This document shows positions 52,601 through 62,811 of a DNA stretch of 64,000 nt, in pieces (the first letter of the stretch is position 1; the number at the start of each line of letters is the position of its first letter). The DNA is taken from positions 22,940,001-23,004,000 of the forward strand of contig JBHGNT010000006.1 in assembly GCA_043228905.1 (NCBI GenBank), given 5' to 3'. A program made the translations under genes and the position numbers. Below the pieces are notes generated by a model. The model was not told the DNA's origin, searched no databases, and worked only from the letters and a program-made list of their open reading frames with translations. The DNA comes from Azolla caroliniana. Its lineage: Eukaryota; Plantae; Polypodiophyta.

Positions 52601-53220
52601 TACTGACGATACTTCTCGGGAAGTTGAACGGTGGACTCCTCTTTGGTGGTGCTGGAGGGTTGTACTGATATTGCGAAGAGAAACATTTCCTCCTTGCGCC
52701 CTTCCTCACGCAACTGACGTAGCGAAATGGTTGCAACCTTCTGGGTAGATCCTTGGGTTTGTCGCAACCGGATTTCCCTTGTCCTCCAATCTATGTCTGG
52801 GTTATGTAACTCGAACCATGGTAATCCTAAAACTATGGGATGTTCTGGAATACTAATAATATTAAATGATACTACACATGTTAAGTTATCTAGGACAATA
52901 TTAACGGGTTCCGACTCTTCTATGATATTACCAGAAGCAATGGGACGACCATCAATGACTATTACTGAGGCTGGACATGGGAGCTTTCTGAGAGATATCT
53001 GATGAGCTCGGGCAAAATTCCTATCCATGAAGCAAGAATTAGCTCCGGAATCTAGAAGGGCTAAGGTATGTACTGGAGGGGTACTTTTAGTACTAACTGC
53101 TACTTGGGCTACGAACACATCACTAACTTGCTTAGAGGGAATGGAACCACTAATGGGCTGCACAGATCTAGGGCTGTCCAACCAAGCGGCTCCTATTTTG
53201 GCTGGACTTAGTCGTTTAAC
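49624..53220 (-). CDS. Pol (protease-RT-RNase H-integrase-chromodomain), intact, probably entered by a -1 frameshift
   Basis: 1185-aa ORF with LDSGA, YLDD, EADASD, HHCC, DFITDLP, GPFRI and YLVDWLGY..TWEP. It lies in the -1 frame relative to gag, with GTTAAAC in the overlap. Confidence 0.93.
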   Translation of the reverse strand, partial: VKRLSPAKIGAAWLDSPRSVQPISGSIPSKQVSDVFVAQVAVSTKSTPPVHTLALLDSGANSCFMDRNFARAHQISLRKLPCPASVIVIDGRPIASGNIIEESEPVNIVLDNLTCVVSFNIISIPEHPIVLGLPWFELHNPDIDWRTREIRLRQTQGSTQKVATISLRQLREEGRKEEMFLFAISVQPSSTTKEESTVQLPEKYRQYADVFDKVQANTLPHHRPYDCAIDLQPGKEPPWGPIYNLSPTELEVLRAYIEENLENGFIRHSKSPAGAPIFFVKKKDGSLRLVVDYRGLNKVTVRNRYALPLISSLLERINGARFFTKIDLRGAYNLVRIQPGDEWKTAFRTRYGHFEYTVMPFGLTNAPAVFQHMANDIFRDLLDDFLIIYLDDLLVYSKTQEEHDSHVLLVLKRLREHGLYAKLEKCSFGCNQVEFLGYVISSEGISMDPAKVKTVIEWHTPRSVRDVQCFLGFANFYRKFIQNYSKIVLPLTQLTSKGQSFIWSKETDMAFESLKKAFTSAPILGHVDPEKPFIIEADASDFALGSILSQQGNDEKLHPVAFHSRKFDAAEINYEIHDKELLAIVDSFMQWRHFLEGSPHQVTVFSDHKNLAYFQDARVLNRRQARWAHFLTRFDFKITYRPGKHQGKADALSRRSYLTPRPGEPAFDNQKQVILGPARLQAAQVFDMPVDSDITNTIREDLKTDAFAQAILAQIDPSRASCSQSQSPGTDYRQFKYCDGLLFFKELLYVPNGSCRLRVVQNCHDTYTAGHFGSTKTLDLVQRSFWWPRMRQFVEDFVRTCDTCCRAKMPRHHPYGLLEPLPIPSKPWQSIALDFITDLPVSKGFSAILTVVDRYTKMAHFLPCTKEISSEDTAEIVMREVCRHHGLPDNIISDRGPQFVSKFWKHLFKMLKVTCNLSSGYHPQTDGQAERTNQTLEQYLRCFLNYHQNDWADILQFAEFAYNNTIHASTKVTPFYAYTGYHPRWCVLETPEVSTNPCAEDRLERLRKIQADLSTQLQQAQQSHKDYADRHRLPSSFNIGDRVWLLRRHIKTTRPCEKLDYRRLGPFRIIGKINDVAFRLELPPQLRIHPVFHSSLLEPYHESTIPGRTIQPPPPIELEDGPEYEVAAILDSKIVRNKLYYLVDWLGYSPSERTWEPIENVTNARALLEDFHRRYPEKPGPQSKTTRGTRRFKGGIVS

Positions 53221-54371
53221 TCTTCTTCTAATTGGCTAAGGACATCAAATTTGTTTGCGAGATTCGGACTACTATTAGGACTATTATGACTATGAGGACT
53301 ATCAGAGATTCCTACTGAAATAGACTCGGGTTTAGTATAGTCAGAACTAACAACGACTTGGTTTACCTGCCTTCTTGGTCTATGGGGACAGTTTATCGCG
53401 ATATGCCCTGGTCCACCGCAATAAAGGCATAATCGGTTTGTTCGGCGTCGTTGCTTTTCCTCCTCCGATAGCGGCCCACGACGACGTGTAGTGTCAATTT
53501 CCATTGGAGTTGGAGTACTTACTGGAGGCGCATTATGTGACTCCCTTTGAAAAGGTTTCGCTACCACTGAGGCATAGGTAGGCTCGGATCTTGCCCTCGG
53601 CATCTGAAATTGTCGTTCCGAACGTCGCTCGAAGAGGCGGTTGTCACATCTGACAGCGCGACTGATTGCTTCTGTTAAGGACTTTGGCTCTTCGGGGAAG
53701 GTCAAGAGTAAATCCTTGACGTCGTTGCGTAAACCATAACGGAATTGCTCCATCAACGCTTGATCATCCCAAGGGATATCGGCGGCGAGTAGGCGAAAAT
53801 CTGCAGCGTATGCGGAGGCTGGACGGTCACCTTGGCGTAATCGCCGGATTTTGTTGATTGCGGTCCTAATGCTGTCAGTATCTCCGAAACATGCTTTAAA
53901 CTCACCTAGAAACTCTTCAAAATTGTTGAGTAATGGAGATTCCTTTTCTAATAGTGGAGCGAACCATGACAACGCTGAGCCACTTAACAAAGTGCCTACT
54001 AAACCCACTCGTGATGCATCGGTGGGATATCGGGACGGATGCATTTGAATAACTAACCGTACCTGGTTAAGAAACCCTCTAAACTACGATCGCGTTCCAT
54101 CGAACTTCGTGGGAAGGCCAATCTTGGGTTCTTTATGAATCCCTTGTGCTCCGTGCCCTTGTTGTTGCATTGCTACGATGGTTGCTTCGAGTTGTTGCAC
54201 GCGTAACGCAAGTTCCCCATGCTGTTGTTGCGTTTGCTGCTTTTCTAAGGAAATTTGCTGAAGATCCCCCAACAAGCGTTGATTTTCTTGTTCCAAAGCA
54301 TGAAACTTCTCTTTCAAGCATTGAAATTCCGAGAAAACGGATTGATACTCTTCAGCGCTAACGGTGGCCAT
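53208..54371 (-). pseudogene. Gag with one in-frame stop at 54084-54086
   Basis: Coiled-coil N-terminus, PTKFDGTRS*FRGF, PMEID and CLYCGGPGHIAINC. ORFs 54084-54371 and 53208-54044 are in the same frame. Confidence 0.88.
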
Positions 54372-54605
54372 GGGATGAAGGAAAAGGGAAATAAGAGACT
54401 AGTAGGAAAGGAGGGAGACAGAAGGAAGAGGGAGAGAAAAGACCAGACAGGCACCCAAAAATCGGTTCAAACTGTCAGGAACTCTATTAAGGCAGAGAAG
54501 GAATTAGTACTAAAAGAAGGATTAGTACTATTGTTGGGGAATAGTACTAAGACAGAGAAGGATTAGTACTATGAGAGGTGTCGAACTTTGAGAGAAGGAA
54601 TGAGT

Positions 54606-54645
<40 letters not shown>

Positions 54646-57074
54646 TGATGCGAAAGATATATGTATTATATGAAGGAAGATATACAACAGTAGTTAGAAG
54701 GCTTAAGACTGGCGTTGAACCGATTTGGTTCGAACTAATGCCTTGCGCCTCCTTTTATAGTGTCTTCAGGAATACTCCTGAAGTTTCTAGAATGTTCCAG
54801 AGAAATCTGGAATATACATCAATTTCCCAATAAAACCTAAATGAAAATAATATCCTTCAAATTACAATTCATAACCTAATGGTAAAGTCTCGACCCATGT
54901 AACAAAAGGTTATGGGTTCGAGTCTAGTTATGACAATAATGAACTCTGAGTCGACAGGTAAGGATTGACTCTACGATGAGCAGACCCAACCGGCAAGAAA
55001 CCGGTTAGCACTCGAGGAACCAGCCGGTTATGGTGAGGATACCGAACCGGTAGAAGAAGAAGTAGAGGAAGCTGAGACCGGAACCGGCCAAGACCCCGAA
55101 TCGGATTCGGATGAAGAGCAAATGGAGGAGCCGGTTACCGAAGCCCGAAGATGTAGATATCCTCTCAGAGAAAGAAGGGCCCCCCGGAGATTTCCGGATG
55201 CAGAGCATGTTCTGATGACCGATGAGGGGGAGCCGGAAAGCTTCGAAGAAGTGAAGGAAGACACCCACAGCCGAAGATGGTTAAGTGCCATGCAGGACGA
55301 GATGGATTCCCTGCATGAGAACCATACATACGAATTGGTGGAGTTGCCGAAAGGAAAGCGGGCACTCCGAAACAAGTGGGTGTACAAGTTGAAACCGGGA
55401 GATGCCGTCAACCCCCCGAGATACAAAGCCAGGATCGTGGTGAAGGGGTTCCAGCAGAAGAAGGGCGTGGACTTCGACGAGATATTTGCCCAGGTAGTAA
55501 AGATGACCTCCATGTGGACGGTGCTGAGTATAGCAGCAAGCATGGACCTTGAGGTAGAGCAGCTGGACGTGAAGACGACATTCCTTCACGGCGACCTCGA
55601 AGAGGAGATCTACATGCAGCAACCGAAAGGATTTGTGGAGAAAGGGAAGGATCACCTGGTATGCCGGTTGAAGAAGAGCCTATACAGACTGAAGCAGGCT
55701 CCCCGGCAATGGTATCGGAAGTTCAACTCCTTCATGACCGATCAAGGATACCACAAGACGCAGGCTGATCACTGCGTGTTCGTGAAGAAGTTCGAAGGAG
55801 GTGACTTCTTAATACTCCTCCTATACGTGGATGACATGTTGATCGTCGGACGTGACCAAGTCAAAATACGGATGCTGAAGAAGGCTCTAAACCAGACCTT
55901 CTCAATGAAAGAGTTGGGTCCGGCAAGACAGATGTTGGGGATGCACATCATCTATAACCGTAAAGCGAAGCAATTATGGCTGTCACAGGAGAAGTACGTG
56001 ACAAAGGTGCTTCACCGGTCCAACATGTCAGAAGCGAAACCGGTCGGATCAACACTTCCGGCTAACTGCAAGCTATCCGGTAAGCAAAGCCCGAGGACGA
56101 AAGCAGAGAAGGCGGATATGATGAAGATCCCGTATGCCTCTGCCGTCGGGAGCTTGATGTACGCAGTGGTTTGTACTCGACCGGACATTGGATACGCAGT
56201 CGGAGTAGTGAGCCGGTTTATGAGCAATCCCGGCAAGGAGCACTGGAACGCGGTCAAGTGGATACTCCGGTATTTGAAGGGCACTTCAAATATGTGTCTC
56301 CGATTCGGCTCCGGAAAACTTCAACTGGACGGTTTCACCGATTCGGACATGTCGGCTGATGTGGATACCAGCCGGTCTACATCCGGGTATGTGATGACAT
56401 ATGCAGGGGGAGCTGTTTCGTGGCAGTCGAGGTTGCAGAAGACAGTTGCATTGTCAACCACAGAGGCGGAGTACAAGGCGGCTGTGGAAGCCGGCAAGGA
56501 AATATTATGGATGAAGGACTTCATCGGAGAGCTCGGTATACGGTGTCGTGCCTTTCGGCTCCGGATCGTTGCGTGAGTCGGGTGGGAACCACAGAGATCT
56601 TGGACTAGGAGAAAGAAGTTCGTGAGATAGAGATTAATTATGAGTAAATAGCGAAGAGAAAGATAAGAAACTCGTGAATCACAGGAGTATACTATATTAA
56701 TTGGTACTTAGGGTGTTAAGAGAGAAGTAGATGTATAAATCGTGAATCCCACGAATAATTTTTGTATTGATTAATTCTTAATCCAAATAATCAACAACCC
56801 TTTATATATTTCTCTCCTCCTTATATAAGGAAGGAAGAGCTAAGCATGGCTTCATGCTTTTTTTTTTACAAAAAGTGTTCATGTCCACTAAATGTGCATG
56901 TGATGCTTTTTTATTTCCTAAGTATAGGGCTCATGCACGCTAGATGTGCATGAGTTATTTTTAGTGTCTCGTGTTTTTTTTATATATTAAAAATATACAC
57001 GATTTACCTTTTAATAAAGGTATGCATAAATAAAGGTCTTATACGTATTAAATCTATATTTAAAACACTTAAGA

Positions 57075-57171
57075 TAAGTTAATGTAATGGTAAGGTTGGG
57101 GTTTGTCAACGTGGAGGTGCAGAGTTCAAATCACGCCCTGCGCAGTAATGAGTATTTCTTTTTTTTTTTTT
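57075..57171 (+). promoter_or_regulatory. tRNA/SINE-like A/B-box cassette with poly(T) terminator in the Ylt1-like LTR (also 63382-63477)
   Basis: A-box-like TAATGTAATGG 57080-57090, B-box AGTTCAAATCA 57123-57133, T13 at 57159-57171. Confidence 0.6.
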
Positions 57172-57313
57172 ACATTTATGTCTCTTTATCCGGCTCTTCC
57201 TTGCCGGTATGCCGTTTTCCTCCTTGCCGGTATGCCGTTTTCTTCCGGTTCTCACCGAGCACTCCATTCTCTATCCGGAGGGACAAAAATATAATTTCCA
57301 CATAGTGTGCAAC

Positions 57314-60300
57314 CTACACTACGACACTCGCCCCCTCCAAACCCGCACATCCTCCGGTATGTGCCGAAGTTCTTGATTCTTCGTATCCGTCTATATCCGA
57401 AGCTTCCTCCGATTCTCCCCTTATGTCGACTATGAGTTGTAATCCACTTTCTTCGCTTCCCGCATCAATGTGGTCTTCGTCCGATTGCTCCTCGTTGTCG
57501 GCCTCGACTTGGATCACATAAGGTTTGTCGTCGGTCCGCTTCTTGAAAATCTTCACCCGCTTCCCGGCTATAGGCACTCGTAGTATTGTTCCATCCAACT
57601 CGGACAGTCGGTACGTCCCGTTGTCGAACCAGCTTTTGTTCCGGAACTGTGCTTCTTGTTGTCGGCGTGACGCTTCCGCTACATCTTTCGGTCTTCCCTC
57701 CAGTTGTCGTATCCGGACCGCTAGTAGTTCTTCCCGGCTCATCTCTTCCTTCCACAGTAGTATTGTCCATGTCGCGATTGCGGTTTCCATTGGCATTACC
57801 GGTGCTTGTCCGGTCATGAGTTCTGCCGGCATGTAACCGGTCACGGAGCTATGCGTCGTCCGATCCGCCCATAGTGCATACGGAAGCATTTGTGGCCAAT
57901 CCTTCACCCTTCCGTCGCATGCCTTCGCAAGTGCTTTCACGATCGGACTATGTCCTCGTTCGATCTTCCCGTTGGCCTCCGGATTGTAGGCCGTTGTCAA
58001 CGTTAACCGAACTCCATGTTTGGCGAAGAATCCCCTAGCTTTGTCCGAGTCGAGTTCTCCCCGGTCCGCAATCACTTGTCCTACGCAGCCGTACCTACAA
58101 AACACTTCTTCCAAAAGAAATTGGCACACCGCGGCACATGTTTTCCTCCGAAGCGCTCGACCTTCAACTTGGTTTGTGAGATCTTCTCGAGCTAACACCA
58201 AGTATTTCTTTTGTCCAATCCCGGTCGGCATAGCTACAATGTCGACCATCCACTTGAAGTTGATTGTCGGTGAGAATGTCGGATGCAGCTCATCTCGGTG
58301 TCGGACCCCGGAGTAGACTTGACATTTCTCGCAGCTTTCTGTGAACTCCGCGACATCTTTATACATGTTCTTCCACCAATATCTTTGCTTGATTTTCACA
58401 AAAGTTGCCCATGTTCCTCGATGTCCAGCCCAATCGGATTCGTGGAACTCGGACATTATCCGGTTTCGTTGCTCTTTCGTCCTGACTACTCGAAGTGGTA
58501 TCCCATCCGGTCTTTTCGGCGTCCTCCATATTAAACCGTTTTCCAAGAAGAACTTTTGGACTTGCCTCTTCTTCCTTCGGATCTCGGCTCTCCTTTCTTT
58601 ATCATTGGTTGAATCCTCGACCTCTTGTAGCATCTTCCCGATCATCAAGGTTTCCCCCTCGTATTCTTCTTCCCGGAATTCTCGGATCACGTTCACTCGG
58701 CATATGTGTTCTGACGTGAAGTAGTCTTCGGAAACTTCTTCATTATCTGATTCGGTTATGTCGTCTTCAAACCGCGCCCTCGATAACATGTCCGCTACCG
58801 CGTTGTCCTTCCCCGAGATGTGTCGAACCTCCGGATTAAGTGACTTGACATATGCAATCCACCTTAGCATAGCCACATCCGGTATCGTACAACACCGCAT
58901 CATCCCGAGTATTGGAAGACAATCCGTCTCGATCACCACTTCAGCTCCGATCAAATAATCCCGATCCGATTTTATCGCCGACACGACTCCCCACAATTCT
59001 CTTTTGACTTGTGCATATCCGCGTTGCCTTTCGTTGAGGACCTTTGCTCCAAATCGGATCGGATACCGCGAACCATCCGAGTCGGCTTGATTGATGACCC
59101 ACCCGATACCGGTTGGACTTGTATCAACCGTTACTATGATTGGCCGCTCGTAGCTTGGCTTCTTAAGTGATTCCGCCCTCCATAGTGTCTTCTTGAGCTT
59201 CCTCATGGCTTTAGTGTGTTCTGGTTTCCACTCGAATTTCTTACCTTTCCGCAACAAGTGATAGAGCGGGTCCGCTATATGTGCATAGTGCGGAATCCAT
59301 ATGTGATAGAATGCACACGCACCCAGAAACCTTCGGACTTCCGATGTTGACTCACATACTTCCTTCATAGCTTGAATCGCATCGATCTTTGTTGGTGACG
59401 GTCTTCGGCCGTAGGGTCCACATAGATGTCCGACCACCAATATTTCTTCTTGCCCGAATGCCGATTTCTCCCCGGAAAGTGTTAGGTGCACATCTTCTAG
59501 CTTTCGCAACACTTTCTCGCAATCATGAATATGGTCGACCACGAACTTTCGGCATCCCCGATCATCCATAGTCTCATCTTTTTCTTCCATCGCGCATCCT
59601 TTCATCGGAATGTCATCTAGAAACGGCATCGTTATCTCCGGGATGCAATCTCGAAGCACCTTGTTCATCGCGTTCATCATATGTGCAACCGAGTTTGTCG
59701 CTCCTTGTGGTAGTGTGCACATTCGAACTAGTCCTATCGGTGTCCGCATGGTAGTGATGTCTCGGCTCTCCACGGCTAGTTAGAATTGGTCATACCCCGA
59801 GTATAGGTCCCCGATGGAGTATATCGCACGTCCGGCAAAAGCTTCCGCGAATTCGTCCACTATCGGACCGACTCCCGAGTTCCGGATCGTGACCTTGTTC
59901 ACCGGTTGCAAGTCTTGGATGAATCGGAGTGACCCATTCTTCTTCGGAACCGTAAACCATCGATTTGAGTACGGAGCACTTGATGGCTCTAGAATCCCCA
60001 TCGCCACCTTCTCCTTGAGCAAGTCGATGACTTTCGGAATATGCGCCCGTGGCACCGGCATCGGCTTCAGGTTCCACGGTACATGATCAATCGTGAAAAT
60101 CACCATCGGCTCCACTATCTTTGGATCAATGCATCCGATCTCCCTCGATGTGAACGCGAATGCTTTGCCATGTTGCTCCAACATCTCTCGAAACCGTTTT
60201 TCTTCTTCTTGTAAGAGGAACCCACCTCCACCGATCCGAAGTTTCTTCCGGGTCTCATCTGTGAAGGCATGTCCGATATCCACGGACTTCCGAAGTGTCG

Positions 60301-60781
60301 GATCTCCCGAGACTTCTTTCTTCTTTTGTTCGCTATCGGCGGGTAGTGGTCCCGCGGCCGGTTTCACCTTCTTCTCCACGGTCTTGTATTTCGTACTTAC
60401 CATTGCTTCTTCTTTGCGGAGCGTATCCGGCTCCATTTTCGCAATGATCTCGTACATCTCGACCGATTCCACCGGGACTACCCGGTTCCTTTGGCTTTTA
60501 TCTTCCGCAAGCTCTTCAAGCCATTGTAGTGTATTCCCATAGAACACTTCCTCGATCACTCCCACGATTTCTTCGTCTTCTTTTATTATTGATGCCGACC
60601 GTAGCTTATCCTCCACTTGTCGGCATTGTTTCTTCATTCCTCCGGTTACGGCCGTGTACGTAGATGCCCCATCCGGCCCGATTCGTACTTGTTTTGCTCC
60701 GAGAGTTTTCTTCCTGTGTGGGGTATCAGGGCTTCTCGGACTATCACTTCCCCACTCCGCAACAGTCCGCTTTAAAAATCC
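57314..60781 (-). pseudogene. Pol (RT-RNase H-integrase) in the -1 frame, with an in-frame stop at 59780-59782
   Basis: DLYSGYDQF*, LPQGATNS, PFLDD, VDTSPTGIG, WMVDIV, EANGKIERGH. GGATTTT precedes the gag-pro stop. Confidence 0.85.
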
Positions 60782-62811
60782 ATTCTCACTTGGGACAAGA
60801 GTTCCCTCTTGTTCCTTTCGTGATTTGCCGGCACCGTTAGGAATTGGACGGATTTCCCTCCGTTTTGGCTCCGAATTCGCGCAAAAGCCGCACCACTATC
60901 GAGCACCTTCGTCTCCATCCGTGAAGCCGTGATAAAGGGTTGGCCGAGGATGACAGAATGTGAAACCTCATCCTGCACAAAGAAATTTTGGTCAATTTCG
61001 ACATCCCCGATCTTTACCGTCACATCCGGACAAGCCGTAAATAGGTCTTCTGTCGTTTTCGTGGCTGCCCGAATCTTCCATCCATGGTTGGTGTTTATAG
61101 GCCACTTCCCCTTTCGGTAGAACTCCTTGGACATCAAGTTGATCTCCGATCCGTGATCAATCAATGCTAGCACGGGTTCTTTGATGTTGCCGATTCGGAC
61201 CGGAGTCTCCGTAGTCGCACGTGCCCAGTGTGGCCTTGTATAGTGGGAGTTCGGAATTTCGCCTTCCACTTCGGTGTCGTTCATTGAAACGGTATTTGCA
61301 TTCACCCTTGGAGCATTTTCCTTCGTACTTTGTCTCTTCCTTTTTACGAGATCCACGAGAAGATCGTGAAACTCCTTTTTCGCTATTCCGAGTAGTTCCC
61401 GCAGCGAAAAATCTACCCGGCTATCCAAGATTCTTTCCTCGAACACTCTTTTCAAGTCGGTTTGTTGTTCTATGTCCGAGGCGAGCTTGAATGCCGGAGT
61501 CGCCTTTTCTTTTCCCTTACCTCCGGAGTTCCAGCTTTCCGGTATCTTCGATGGTCCGGCCGCATCCTCCGTGCGCCGTCGTTTCTCGTCCACATACACC
61601 TCATGTAATTGACACAGGGCGTATATGCTATTCTTGTCGACAGGGCACTCCCATCCCGTAGCTTCCCGGACGCCTTCCGCGGTGTTTCGGATATCGTTGG
61701 AGTCGGTTTTCTCGGTATTTCCTAGCACCTCCGGCCAGAAAGACGCCTTCGCTCCCGTTGACTCCCCGACACATATTCCCGCGGTTGTCGCATAGTTGCT
61801 TCTTGCCGCTAACTCCTCCTCGAGCACCTTCTTCATGCCGCCTTTCCGGAAGTTCGGTCGGAGTGGCTTCCGAGAGTCCATCGAATGAATCCGGTTTCCC
61901 TCGTAGTAGATGAGATCCCGTCGTAGCGCCTCCTTATGGTCGTCGCAATCCCTCCGATCGTGTTCGGCGCTATCGCACCATATGCACCGTCGATCCGTAT
62001 ATTTGGAGCTTGTGGGGCGGTCATCCGACTTCTTCACCATCGCGATCTTTAGATTCTCCATCTCCTTCAGCAGCTGCTCCACCGTAGACGCGTCGACTCC
62101 CTTCTCGGCCGTAATCTCCCGAGCCCTCGGTTGATGGTCTTCCAGTCCCGTTCTCGGTTTCGGAATCGGTTCCGAAACCCTCTTTTCTTCGTTGGCAAGC
62201 CATTGCCCCCTCTTCGTGTACCGCGCGACGATATCCCGCACGCTTTCCCATGTTTCGGTGAGGCCGCTTTCGGTGGTCGTGTCCTCAAGAAGCACTCCGA
62301 GATCTTTCCGGTCCCGGACGTCCACAGCTCGCAAAAACATGAGGACTTTGTCCGGTGCAAGAATAGTTTGATCTCTCGCGGACAACCTCCCGAACCGACT
62401 TTCGAATGTCGAAAACACTTCGAGGACCTTCAGCCCCTTACCTGACGTTTCCACCCAATCCTCGAATCCCCTCCGCGTTGCCTTGGAGGAGTCCTCGATG
62501 GCAAACGTGGTTTTTAACGCCTCTTCGAATGCTTCCCACGTCGGATTTTGTTGTTGCAACCCGTGGATACTCCCTTGAAGCCCGTCGGTCGCCACCCGGT
62601 TAAAGGATGTCACTTGCAGTCCTTCCGAAGCCCGGCACCGGAGCATCTCCGCCTTGTAGTCCTGCAAATATCGCGACACATCCTTACCATTAAATTGCCC
62701 GTTGCGTTGCACGAGCCGCTCTACTGATGCCGAAATCTCCGACATCGTGCGTTGTTCTTGAAGCATCCGTTCGAACATCGCCATCATATTGTTAGCTTGT
62801 TGAGCCTCCAT
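60772..62811 (-). CDS. Gag-protease
   Basis: Open frame from ATG about 62811 (MEAQQ) with CIWCDSAEHDRRDC knuckle and IDHGSEINLM protease motif. Confidence 0.85.
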   Translation of the reverse strand: MEAQQANNMMAMFERMLQEQRTMSEISASVERLVQRNGQFNGKDVSRYLQDYKAEMLRCRASEGLQVTSFNRVATDGLQGSIHGLQQQNPTWEAFEEALKTTFAIEDSSKATRRGFEDWVETSGKGLKVLEVFSTFESRFGRLSARDQTILAPDKVLMFLRAVDVRDRKDLGVLLEDTTTESGLTETWESVRDIVARYTKRGQWLANEEKRVSEPIPKPRTGLEDHQPRAREITAEKGVDASTVEQLLKEMENLKIAMVKKSDDRPTSSKYTDRRCIWCDSAEHDRRDCDDHKEALRRDLIYYEGNRIHSMDSRKPLRPNFRKGGMKKVLEEELAARSNYATTAGICVGESTGAKASFWPEVLGNTEKTDSNDIRNTAEGVREATGWECPVDKNSIYALCQLHEVYVDEKRRRTEDAAGPSKIPESWNSGGKGKEKATPAFKLASDIEQQTDLKRVFEERILDSRVDFSLRELLGIAKKEFHDLLVDLVKRKRQSTKENAPRVNANTVSMNDTEVEGEIPNSHYTRPHWARATTETPVRIGNIKEPVLALIDHGSEINLMSKEFYRKGKWPINTNHGWKIRAATKTTEDLFTACPDVTVKIGDVEIDQNFFVQDEVSHSVILGQPFITASRMETKVLDSGAAFARIRSQNGGKSVQFLTVPANHERNKRELLSQVRMDF

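Larger units (their letters stand above)
49167..54935 (-). mobile_element. Young Tcn1-like chromovirus (Ty3/gypsy), self-priming
   Basis: LTRs 49167-49631 and 54473-54935 differ by two substitutions and GA-repeat length. TSD ATAAT, PPT 49632-49644, non-tRNA PBS 54459-54470 complementary to 54715-54726. Confidence 0.96.
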
